Below, in pieces: positions 1 to 11,820 of a DNA stretch of 64,000 nucleotides (within the stretch, counting starts at the first letter, position 1; each line of letters opens with the position of its first letter). The translations under genes were made by a program, and so were the position numbers. The notes under the pieces were generated by a model. The model did no database searches. It saw nothing but the letters and a program-made list of their open reading frames with translations, and was not told where the DNA came from. The DNA is from Lingula anatina (lineage: Eukaryota; Animalia; Brachiopoda): the NCBI GenBank assembly GCA_051362555.1, contig CM120640.1, positions 31,949,967 through 32,013,966 on the forward strand, written 5' to 3'.

Positions 1-67
1 GCCTTTGGTGGCAGGTGACAAAAGCCACAGGACAAATACAATTTTCGCCTCATAATAGAATGGAACC
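1..67 (-). CDS. REEP: REEP1-4 family protein, coding exon 4 (partial, continues off left edge)
   Basis: Minus strand after acceptor tttgtcattgcag reads (W)[22 protein letters not shown], matching the REEP 'FPFYYELKI...WLLSP.TKG' motif; completes the TG|G Trp codon split from exon 3. Confidence 0.95.
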
Positions 68-2412
68 CTGCAATGACAAAGATTTATAAGCAATAAATCA
101 AACAAAGGGCATTAATGTTGTGTGCCCAACAGAAGGGTTAATTTATTGTAGACTGTGAAGGTCACCACCTCAAGTGTCCCCTTAGCAAGTGCTGCCATCT
201 GGTGAACTTCATATCAACATGTGTAAACGACCAGACGTGATGATTAACATAATGTTATTCTAAAGTGCCATTTCAAGACACGTACACCTGCCAAACCTGG
301 CATTCTGGTTATGGAATCTACAGGTGCTTATTTCTCTCACTGAATAATGACTTTTATAAATAGGCATTTAATAGTTCATGCTTATTGCATGTTGGGCACA
401 ACATATGCATATATACATAAAGCAAAAGTTGCTAAATGAAAAATCATGTGAAATGAGAATGTGGATCAATTTTGATTTGTCGCATTAAAACACACATCAA
501 CACAGTACTCTGTCATACCCAGCACATCGTATGAAGACGACCTCCAGTGTAACAGTTCTTTGCAATATATCGATAATGGAAATACAGTTTAAATGGCATT
601 GGCTTCAATCAGCATCTCTGCACTGTAATTTCCCTAATGTATACAGCTAGCACATAATTTATCACAGATATCAATATTTCCACCAAATGGTGATTAAAAT
701 AGTTTCTGCTTAGAGTAGTGCTCATGGCGTCTAAAGGACTGCTATATTCAATATTTATAAGAAGATGGTGACACACTTCTCAGTTCTATGATGAACATCT
801 TCACTTTGATCTTTTATACTTCATGTTTTTCACTTCAAATATTAATAGGGAATCCATGACCAGGTTTTATAAGTGTGATATAAATCTAACACCATAAAAT
901 ATTTTTGAAAAAAAATAAATAAATAAAATAAAATAAAAACAATTAATAAGTGCACAGTAAATGACTATGGTGAGGAGCAGAGGCAGCAGTGGATCAGAGG
1001 TCAAAACACAAACCTTCTCCCTCACATGGAATAATTTAAAATTCTCTGTTACCCAAAAAGCTGAACGAATTGCAATCTATTTATTGGTTGTAAAATCGCA
1101 GGGGAGCACTGCTTCCGTGTGTAATTACCATTTCTTCAGCAGTTCACTTCAAAGAACCAAGAATAATGTTCCAAATAAATTGTATTCCCTTATGTATTTT
1201 CATGCATGTTGGTTGGTACTTATGTTCTATCCACAATTCTTTGGGTATGCTGAATCAATATGATAGACAATTGTGTGTAATATTAAGAAAGCATTCCCAC
1301 AAATGCTATTTAAAGCTAAAAGTCCAAAACAAACCAGGAAAATGCCCTCTTATCGTCCATTTAAAAGGAGAGGTAAAGTTTGATTGTGAGCTCCACAAGG
1401 TAGCACATTTTAACAATCAGTATCTCATCCATTACCGTTCAAATTCAGTACATGGTTGGCTTCTGATAAAAAATTAACCCAACATTCTTGTAATGAGTCT
1501 TTGAAGTAAATAAATCAAAATAAAGATAGCTGTGTTCTTTGCTTACAGTAATGTGAAATATAAATCTCATATAATGAATCAGATCTCTTTTATAATTCAT
1601 CATTCACCCCCACTGCTAACGTGATAACAATATATGGAAAGATGAAACCTTCAAGAGTTCACAGGAACAGAAAATCATTTTCATATCCATAATATACTGA
1701 CCATACACAATGAAAGATGGTGTCAAGTCATATACTTTTTTCTAGAGGAAAAATTAAAATTGGTGCAGAAATCTTGTACGTGATACCTTTAAAATGAACA
1801 TTTTCCATGCTGATTTTTGACAGTTTTGTTGAACCTGTGTGAATTCTTGGAGCTGTTTTTTGGAAAATATTTTTTGCTGTAAATCTTATTACTGGTTTAG
1901 TTCAAAATTTGTATAAAAATATCCAGTAATCTGGCTACAAGAAGTTATTTCTAGAGCAAATCCTGGTTAATACACCTTTCTTTTTAAATTTATTTATATC
2001 TTGACCTCATCTGACTTGAAGAGGTAGCCAAGCACAGCAAGGGAACTGTGCAGCATAAAACCAATACTCTTACCTAGATATCGACTTTGAAATCATTTTT
2101 TTTCTGATGTTAAATGCTATGCTTTTTAAAAATTCTAAAAGCTAATGAGGAAGAAATATATTTTAGGATTACTGGTATATGTATATGGTATCTTAGATTC
2201 TCCAACTAAATGTGGATTAATAGGAAAGGTCTAAACCAATTCTTCTCAGCAGATCATTTATATATGATAGCCTTATATCATGCAATGCCTGTGCAGCCAT
2301 TATGGGGGTAAGGAAAAAAGGATTCCCAATCTCTTGGAGGATTTTTTCACAAGGTGTATTACTGGTGGTGGGCTTGGAGTGATTAGGCCTGTGCAAGTGG
2401 GGACATACTTAC

Positions 2413-2489
2413 CAAGACAAAAATATATCTGCAAATGTCTCTGCACATGTGAACAAAGCAAACACTATCCAGTACATCATCCATTTAAC
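2413..2489 (-). CDS. REEP: REEP1-4 family protein, coding exon 3 (77 nt)
   Basis: Minus strand: attccag|[25 protein letters not shown](W)|gtaagt; the KWMMYW motif is diagnostic of the TB2/DP1/HVA22 (REEP) domain. Confidence 0.97.
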
Positions 2490-5400
2490 CTGGAATAGTA
2501 AAAAAACTTTCTAAAAATGTATAATAATACATAATTTTCAATACTATTTTTGATTTATAGATAATGTGTTCTTTTTCAATATTCCACATATATTTAAACT
2601 TGCTGTAAAAAATGGAGTTTTTTTGTAATGAAAATAAAAAGAGAGAGAAAAAAAACCTTGCCAAAAAGGCTCATTTTATGAGTGTTGAAAAAATTCAATT
2701 TAAACAAAGCTCAGAGGCATAAGAACCTGTCATAGTACATTAAACCTTTGTAGTCACGGCAGAAACCCATAGAAGCAGGTCATGCTGGTATAATGCTTGA
2801 TTACAGTGGAATGTTCTCTCAAAACTACCCTGTTAATTCTCTTCAAATTGCCTCAGATGTATACAGTTAAATTAACATCCCGTGGTTATGGTGGCTTTTT
2901 ATACTCATTTGCAGTAATATGTCTATGAAGTTTTAATAGTTTGGATGTCCTCATAACAGGTCTAGTACTGAAGGCACAGATTGTAACACAGGTTTTGGAA
3001 TAAAGAAATCAATGGCAGCCCGTTTTTTTAAGTCTACTACATATACACTAAGAACCAAGTGTCTGTCTAAAAGCCAGTGTCACCAAACTCTAGACATTGA
3101 TAAATTATATCTCAAAATTACTGGATTGGGGTGCTCCTGGCTCATTTAAAAACAAAAAGAACAATCATTCTCATGGTTGAGATATTTGAACCTCATTAAT
3201 GTGTGACCAGCACACAGAAACAAGAGGAAAACAGTTGAATAACAGGCCCTCCAAGGTAGGAAGTAATAAATCTATTTCACAATAAACAAATTGTTCAGAG
3301 AAAATGATTATCATTCAGTAGAGGATATGTAACAAGATCTTTTTTGAGTTGTGAACTTCTGACGCCTTGTTCCATTTATGTAAAAAGTCAAGGTGCAGCC
3401 AGAAAATGTTAGGTTAATTGCAGAGCTTGTTATCCAGACCACTTGCAATCTTCTACTGCCAATGTGACATTTGAACAAAATGTTATTTATATTTTCTGAC
3501 ATGTTTCCAATATTAGAATTCAAAGAAAACTGCGAGGGAGATTCAGAATATTTTTAGAATATAATATGCTGGAATAATAGTGATTCTTCTATCAGTCTGA
3601 AATACTTTTAATAAGACATTATCACCAGGATTAAACTGCCACCACTCACCAACTGCTAGTGAATCCAGAGACATGTCAAACCTGACCTACCTGGCCTAGT
3701 GAGTGTCTTTTATTACATTCACATTGCCGTCTTCATATACACCCCACCAAAAACATTCAGTACATGTCAGAATAACTGTGTCACTTTCAACAGAACACCA
3801 TCAATATATTACTAGAAAGGATGTTCATATGGTAGGTTATGACATGTTTCCAGAGCACATGGCAATGTATACCATGTCCCAAACTGGACATGCAGGTCAA
3901 TTTCTTAACTTTCAAACAGAGATGCTATGTAAAATTTTTTACTAGCCATTTTTTTCATTATGAATAGGGAGCACCAATTCTTGCCTTGTTCTCAGAATAG
4001 CCAGATATTTTAGTATCAATAAATAAATATATAAATAAATCTTTTAATAGACAATATACTTGAATACAATCCTGTAGAAAATACACAATTTCTCTTTAGG
4101 GGATGGGACTTATTCTGGGGAGGATCTACATATAATTATTGTACATTCAGCAGATAAAATTTTCAACTTCTCACACAAAGTAATCTTTGCATCAACTCAT
4201 GTTTCATAGTGCCCAGACACTGACCATATATCATGCATGTTTTGTTTCATATCCCTAAAAAGAAATGATTCATTACATTTGCAGTGAAATCATTAAATGT
4301 CTAGACATAGCATAACAGGGAAAGTTACGTTTCAACCAGCATACTGTTTTTCTTTTCTTTTCTTTTTTTTTTGTTCCTCTGAAGGCAGCCTTACTGCTTA
4401 TATCACACATTTTCTTGTAGAGCTTCTCAAAATAGCAATATCCCTGGAAATATTGCTAAAATTTTCCTCTACATGTGTAAAAAAATTAAGACTGTTAATG
4501 AACACTTGAATATTTAACATATATTGTCATTAACAGCTTACTCAAGGTCAACGGAATTACAGGTTTCTTTTTCACTGGCAGTCACTTTATCACCAATGTC
4601 AACAATAAAAGACAGCAAACAAACATTAATCATAAGAAACTGATTATATGCACAGCTCAGATTTTTTTTTCTCTCCACTTCTCTGCCAGTGTCATATTAA
4701 CACAACCAGGCAGCACCTGCTGGGCTTGCGCCAAGTCTACACCTTCAACCCAGCCCCTGGAACTTCAAATTACCTCTTCAAACACTTTATCAATTCCAGG
4801 CAAGTCTTTGTATTTTATACATGCTGCAGGAGTGAATACTTATTGTATACTATTAACCTAGAAGGACAAACTAATGACGGCATAGGCTGACACTAACAAT
4901 CATGACACTGAGAAGAACATCACCTTCACAGTGCCATAATGTCTATGAAATGGTTTTAAGCATTTGTTTCTAAAGCAAAGTTTATACTGAAACACAGAAA
5001 AAAGTCGTGATTTATTTCTCCACAGTTATGGTTTTCAAAGCTCATGCTTATTCAAGTCAGCAGCCGGGAAATCAATAACTGATTTTTTTAATCTATATTA
5101 ATGCATCTTCTTAGGAATAGGTTAACTTTGAATCTGCAGAACCACTAGAAAGACATGTGGGGTAGTTTTGCTACTTATTTTTAACTAGGACAATATAAAA
5201 CCTCTTCAATCATATCACACTGTGCTTCTCTGCTCAAATTCTCTAGGAACCGCTGTAGACTTTATCTCTTCTGACTTTTCTGCGTAGTTTTAGTGAGATT
5301 TTTTTTTGCAATACAGAGGGGCTTTTTTTTTTTGCTTATCCAAAACCAAATAATTGATGTGTCTCATTAAGACGGTTACCAGAAATTTAAGACCAAATTG

Positions 5401-5729
5401 TGACTGCGTTATATTTAGCTGTTTACTTTTTATTTGGTATTCTATCCATAAGTCTTGAGAATAACATAATTAGAATTAAAAACAAAAGCCAAATGAAACT
5501 CTTTTAAAATGTTTGTTTCCTTTATCAATTCTTCTTAAATAAAGATGTTTAATGGTCTAGTTTACAAGCTCTCGTCAATCCAAATACATATTCCAGACAC
5601 ACCATTGGTAGAGCTGATATACCTGTTGGGAAATGAGTTGCAGACAGTCAGTGATGTCAGAATACATGTCTGTCTGAGTTGTTATTTATGTGATCTGGGT
5701 GATGAGTTGTGCAATGCAAAAATACTTAC

Positions 5730-5802
5730 ATATTCTCTGACGTTCTTTGTTTTGACTGCTTTGTATGAAGCATATGCAGGGTAAAGGGTACCAAATACTA
5801 AT
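5730..5802 (-). CDS. REEP: REEP1-4 family protein, coding exon 2 (73 nt)
   Basis: Minus strand: cctttcag|(I)[24 protein letters not shown]|gtaagt; visible within ORF 5682..5939; phase fits exons 1 and 3. Confidence 0.97.
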
Positions 5803-8163
5803 CTGAAAGGAAAAAGAGAGATGTTTTCAAAAAAAAAAAGTTGTATGTGAGTATATATCATAACATTTGTCAAAGCAACAGGAAATAGGCTTGGTCGTGT
5901 TTGCATGTCAGACCTGATGCAGAGAAAACTCTGACTCAAACTAAATCATTCTAGGAGTATGTGCATTAGGATTTAACTGCTCACAGTTAAATAAATAATG
6001 ATAATATATCTGCTGAACTAGAAAAGAAAAATATAATAATTTCTGGAAGTAAAAATGGTTTTCCTATCTGTGGAGTTAATTTCTGTAAATTTCTGCTTTG
6101 GCAATTACAGTCCCCATGAGAGATTTTGTCATATATCATAATATAAGCTTTAATACTAAAAACAGTATTGAACCCCACTCCACAAACAATAGTTCACAGC
6201 TGAATGGATACCAGACTTTTTGGCGCTATGACAAGACTCTCATACCCTGAAGGATTGTAAAATTTCATTCAAATAGCCTTTGCAACCGGATACTTTTTTT
6301 TTCTGTTCAAACACATGGATGTAACATGTAATCCCTGTCTCTCCTATTAAAAAAGTAACACCTAAACACAAGTACATTTTTAATTGGCAAAGCAGTGAAG
6401 CATTACTACTATACTGCCATTATTGGGTTGAGAGTCTCAATCACATTTGACGCTTTGCCATTAAAGCTTTTTCCAAGATGCAACAACAGGAACAAGAGGT
6501 GTGTACTTCAAGGGTCAACGGAAAGGCTCCAAGACATTTGGCTACAATTTCTTAACTGTGTAACCTCCTGTGGCGGGTCAAAGGAAGAAAACATTTGTGT
6601 GAAAGCACTCTGTAAGTCTGCTCCTTTGGAGTCCCTATATTGTGTTTCCTACGCTAATGAACTATGTAAGGACAGGTGTTCCCTGGTAACAGTTTATGGA
6701 AGAACAACCAGGAAAGATCAATCCCTCCATCTGCAGGGCACAGTTTGGCAGGTCTTTGGGGGGGGGGGGGGGTCTAAGTATAATAATAAGGATTGTTTAA
6801 GGTTGCATGTTCCTGTGACTGTGCACCAGAAACCATGTATCAAGACATGCAATCATCAATTATCAGAAAATAATTCATGGTATGTACTCTCGGTGAATAT
6901 GTATAAACAGCCTGAGTATTCATCTAAATGTTCAACACTTACAGCTTCATTCAGAATTTCTAAATAATATTGTCAGTGTGGTTTCAAATAGCAGACTTTA
7001 TCAAAGTGTGTGCCTTGATAAAAATGCTTGGTGCACAAAGAACACAAAACCCTGTAATAAAAATATATCAAACAAGCTTATCTTAAAACATATGGCTTGT
7101 TGAGTGACATATTACAAAAACAGACCTTTCAGAATTCAATATGGTTTCATCTCAAGTCACTATAGTGCTATTTGCCAAGATAAAATATCCTGTTGGATGG
7201 TAAGGCTAAGAGATTTTAAATGTGTCATCTTTGTGATTGATAACTGGAAGAATAAGTGTGTGACAAGCCCAAGTGACTTGGGTGAGTTACCATTATAAAT
7301 AACATTATATTTCTTCTTTCAAAGGGTAGATGGCACATCACAGGGGAACAGTTGCCAATTTAATAAGGTAAACAACAACAACAGATCAAATGTCTAAGTA
7401 ACTGTTTCTATTTAGGAATTAGTGAAAATAGTCATCATTGCTCCAGATTATGTTGAATTGTTAAAGTAATGATTCTATGCAAGTTTTTGATCTAAAATAC
7501 AAAACGTAAAATTCTTACAAACCCCAACACATACAACTTGGACTTTCCTACCAAAAGAAACTTGTTGATTACCCTTCAAAGTATTAACCAAACAACTAAG
7601 GTAGGTATATAAATAGGATCCAATATCTAATATATGTATTTTCTACATTAATATGAGTTAGTCATTTTTAGGATCATGCATAAGCAGGAACAAAATACTC
7701 AATAGCATTTCATTTCATGTAACCAACAATAAGCTAAAATAAATCCTACACCAACAGGGGCCTATCCTGTGCTATGATGAAATAACCATATCACAAATAA
7801 GATAAGAAAATAGATTTTATGTATTCCAAATGCATGTAAGCCACTTCTACTAGTTTCTTACACGAATAAAATAAAGTTGACATGCCACAGGATAAACAAA
7901 ATTAACCATTCGACAACTGTAAAAAGGCTTATATGTCCCTCCAGTTTGTGGAAGTCAGTAAAATGATGTAGTCCTGTGTGCACATTTCGTAATCATCACT
8001 CCATCGTATGGATATAACTGCACATGCAATTGCATACTTATTCAACCGAGTTGCCAAAAAAAAAAAAAAAAAAAAAAATGAGGGTTATATTTAGCATAGA
8101 AAGTAAGAAGAAAACAATTTTTTTTTTTCTGGTTAATATGTAACAATGTCCTTTGGTATTTAA

Positions 8164-8388
8164 GGGTGCATTCCTAGAGATTTAGATCGATCCAGAGATT
8201 TAGATTTAGATCGACCTAACTCCCTGGGGGTTCACGCTAAATTGCAGTCAGCCAAGTGCGCACCATAGTTAATTACCCCCTTACAGCTTTTAGTAGGCGG
8301 GACAGTCGCTTATGCCGGCTAAGCTGACAGTAATCTAGTGAGACTCCCCACAGGGATAGATCGATCTAAAATCTATGGGAATGGGGTC
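8164..8388. mobile_element. PIF/Harbinger-like MITE (~225 bp)
   Basis: Flanked by TAA on both sides; imperfect inverted termini GGGTGCATTCCTAGAGATTTAGATCGATC ... GATCGATCTAAAATCTATGGGAATGGGGTC, with further internal inverted similarity; more CpG than flanks. Confidence 0.7.
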
Positions 8389-9548
8389 TAAAAGTACCTG
8401 GTGGCATTATATATATGTTGATAGATAAAGTAGTAGGTGCCATTGTTTCAAACACAAAAATGAGTTCTTATGAAAATTAAAGGTAAAGGTACTCTTTACG
8501 AGAGTTACTTGCCAAAATACATTTTCCATGGGGAAAAAAGCAATTTTCTCCTACTCATGAATCATTGCTCAATCCCTCACAACACTTGGATTAGAATGTT
8601 TTATTCCATTTTTTAATTGATGATTTAGATTTAAAAGACTTGCCAGTTTTTAGAATGCCATGTCTTCCTGTACATTTCAGAACTATGTCAGGTACTTTAA
8701 GGGCAAAATTGGGAAAGATTCCTTGCTTTGCAAATATGTACACATAGTAAATACAACTTATTTGTTTATATTGTTTTCTCTGAATTCTGTCAAATATAAA
8801 GCTTTTTGCTCATAGACATTGGACTTAATGCTCTGTCCATTTCATATTGGTCATTGTTATTGCTAGGTTTCCTTGCTAAAAAAAGAATATCACTTATTAG
8901 TTGCTGCCACCAATACAAGACCACTATTGGATTATCTTTCAATGAAAAGTCAAACAATTCAATGCATATCCTTATCTTTACAAACAGACATAATTCAGAG
9001 AGTTCACTGGTCAAAACTGGTTTTTACCAACAAGTTCTACAGGTCCACTAGCTGAAATGTCAAGAGAATCAAACAAAGGTGTTGCTATAGTGCTTCATGA
9101 TGGAAACTCAACTTTTTTCTTGATAGAAATTATCCTTGCACCACAGGTTCAGTGAACTTCAAAACAAACTTGTAAGAGTGTCTGGTCAATGAACTTCTTT
9201 TGTCGAAGGCCTTCATAGCCATCATTATAGGAACCCCGAAAGCTGAATATTCTAACAAAGAGGATACACCCCATACATAGCAGTTAAAACAGCGTAAATT
9301 TACGCAACAAATTCGTATAGCGTTCGATCGTATTTACACATCACATCACAGAGAGAGGAATCAACTACATGCTATCTGTATACAACATAGCCAACACTGC
9401 AATTTCGGAACAATCACCACATGCTAAAAAGTGCATAGTCAATAAAACTCGTCAGACGGGTATCACACAAAACAGGAAAGGCCTGCTGATAAACCTAAAA
9501 AAATCGAAGTGGTTTAATACATTTCTAAGAGAGCAACTTCATACTTAC

Positions 9549-9580
9549 ATCACTACACGTGAAATAATTGCAGAAACCAT
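9549..9580 (-). CDS. REEP: REEP1-4 family protein, coding exon 1 (32 nt; a second in-frame ATG lies immediately upstream at 9583)
   Basis: Minus strand ATG GTT TCT GCA ATT ATT TCA CGT GTA GTG AT|gtaagt = MVSAIISRVV(I), like the REEP1-4 N-terminus MVSWIISRLVV; phase 2 joins exon 2. Confidence 0.93.
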
Positions 9581-9583
9581 CAT

Positions 9584-10235
9584 AAACAACTGGTTATTAC
9601 AAGTCAGCTACAAGGTATGAGTTCTCTAAAGGCAGCAAAATATTACAGCCAAAAATTTTTCAGTTGCACTCTGTGTCGGCCATTTTGAATGTTTACGTCA
9701 GCTGTCATGTGACTTTGGAATTTTTTTTGAAACAAAGCACCAGGTTGCAAATTTTATGGCGTAATAGAACAAAATAAATATTAAATATACAAAATATTCA
9801 AAATTATTTAAACACTGCGGTTTTCTTTGGCAATTCATACTTGGATTGTGCATACGTTGTATCGGATCAGTCTCATCTTGTAACCAGCCATGACGGGCCA
9901 AAACACACAAAGTAGTTACTCAAGATACCATCCAACGGTTTATTTACTTGGGTTAAACGTACATTTCTGTTGCATTACTTATTACAGGTTACAATGATGT
10001 ACTTTTCTACATTATAGTCCTGTCTGAGAGTTATTTTCTATGGAACTATTTTCGTGCACTGGTTGATCGCGGAAGAACATTACAAATAACTTTTTGACCT
10101 TTCGACCCAGGAAATAGTTCCAAAACAGTATCGTTCCGCACCATCATCATAGGAGTGGAAACATTCCTGAAAATTTTGACTGTTTTTGTTTTATTTACCT
10201 GTCTATTGGGACATTATGGATACGTTTGAAGAGAC
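9584..10235. promoter_or_regulatory. Bidirectional promoter and 5' UTRs between REEP and JMJD1C/KDM3
   Basis: Short interval between divergent start codons, locally CpG-retaining; YY1-type CGGCCATTTTG (9677-9687), TTACGTCA (9693-9700), E-box GTCATGTGAC (9704-9713), ETS-type GCGGAAG (10069-10075). Motif function is inferred. Confidence 0.8.
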
Positions 10236-10391
10236 ATGGCGCTAAAATATCGAGAAGAGTTGGTTGGAAAGCGTTTCCTTTCTGTCAGGAGCCCCTCGCG
10301 GTTAAAATTAAGCAAGATCCATGAATGGGAATGGCGGGCTGGCATAGTGCGATCAGTAACTCATAAGAACTACACACAGCCAGATCTTCAG
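10236..10391 (+). CDS. JMJD1C: KDM3/JMJD1C-family histone demethylase, coding exon 1 (156 nt)
   Basis: MALKYREELVGKRFLSV...WRAGIVRSVTHKNYTQPDLQ|gtaagc resembles the JMJD1C/KDM3B N-terminus (ELVGKRFL...WRAGVIRAVSH...PDL); phase 0 donor. Confidence 0.95.
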
Positions 10392-11416
10392 GTAAGCTTT
10401 TCTGAACGTTTCTTTGTTTCAAATTCTCATTTTCATCACCTCGTTAATCTCTTGAGTTTAAATATCATACTTATGTGTAGTTTATTCCAACCCCGTGCAT
10501 AGTTCCAGAGGTTTGAATGTGAAGGAATGACCCAAGTGGTAGTGTTGCTGTTGTACCACATTCCCTCAGCTGATCAATTTTCATAGGCCTGACTGTGTCT
10601 GTGCGTTGTGTTCAGCCAGTCTCACGTGCCTGTGAAAATGTGGAGTAACTGAGTACCTTGTAATGACATCATTAGTAAATTTGTACTCCTGGATATTTTT
10701 TAATGTTGGTTGAATACGTTTTTAAAGTAAACTTTACTGAGCCTTTAGTACACCCTTCAAATCATAGGTCTGAGAAAGTGATTTTATTATTACTTCATAT
10801 TTAAATCACTATATATACAGGGTTAAGTTGTGAAAGTACAATTTTTCTGGGCCCTTTAACAATCCTGCAGTACTTCATAACCACCAGTATGTTGAGCACC
10901 AAACTCAAAAATACCCTTCAGTTACATTTTTTTCTGAGTAAGATGAGTGAACAGTTCAATGCAGTATTATATTTCCGCATAGTATAAAAACAATCTTTAA
11001 GCAGGTGGTGGTGGTGGATTTTCAAAAGTTCGTTCTTTGAAAATAATAAGGGATATAATTTGTTTTTAAACATTTGTACAGGATGTAGTAATTTAAAACA
11101 AAGGTAATTTTATAAAATTAAGACACTAGAAATCTTTCTTGGTGTCCCCTTATAAGTTCCAGCAAGTATCATTTTTTTATTTGTTGCTTTTGGTAACTAG
11201 TTGAAGGGTAAAGAATGAAAACAAATACTTGATATTTATATTAAGTTAGGAGCTATAATTTGACCTGGGAAAATGCAGTGTTTGATATAATTCATTTTCT
11301 TTCAGGTATGTGGAGTATACTTTTAATATTAGCTACATTGGAATTATTGATAGTAAATTAAAATATATACCTAACAGTTGCATTGTTGTTATCATATAAC
11401 TAGCAAAACAGCTTAA

Positions 11417-11820
11417 AGGCACAAAGTGTAGGATTTTAAGCACCTTAAGCATATATTTCCTTTCTTGTTCATCTTATCTGAAAATAATAGATTTAAACAT
11501 ATTTAAATGACATAAAATAATGTCACAGAAGATGGTCAGATTTCAAATTTACCACCTTGCTCCCTGTTAACCATCTTGAGTTATTTAAAAGTGCAGTATG
11601 TAGAAGTCAGTATGAGAAATGAGCTTGAACGAATGGCAGAATTTGAAGACAAACTCTTAATAGTGTTGGTAAGGTACTTATTTATTTTCACAAATAGCTA
11701 CTCAATTCAGGAGAGTGTCAGAAAAAAAAATCACAGGTTGGAAACTATATGAAAATTACCAATTTTCATAGGAAAATTAGTTATATGTGACTTTTGTGGG
11801 AAATCCTTTACCACACTACT
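11417..11820. mobile_element. Possible old Kolobok-like non-autonomous element
   Basis: TTAA|AG ... CT|TTAA with AGGATTT/AAATCCT at the same offset from each end, but only about 11 of 20 terminal bases match. Confidence 0.3.

Noticed and set aside
6395-6967. Longest ORF in the track (190 aa)
   Set aside because: Antisense within REEP intron 1, non-ATG start, includes a poly-G run, no recognisable domain.
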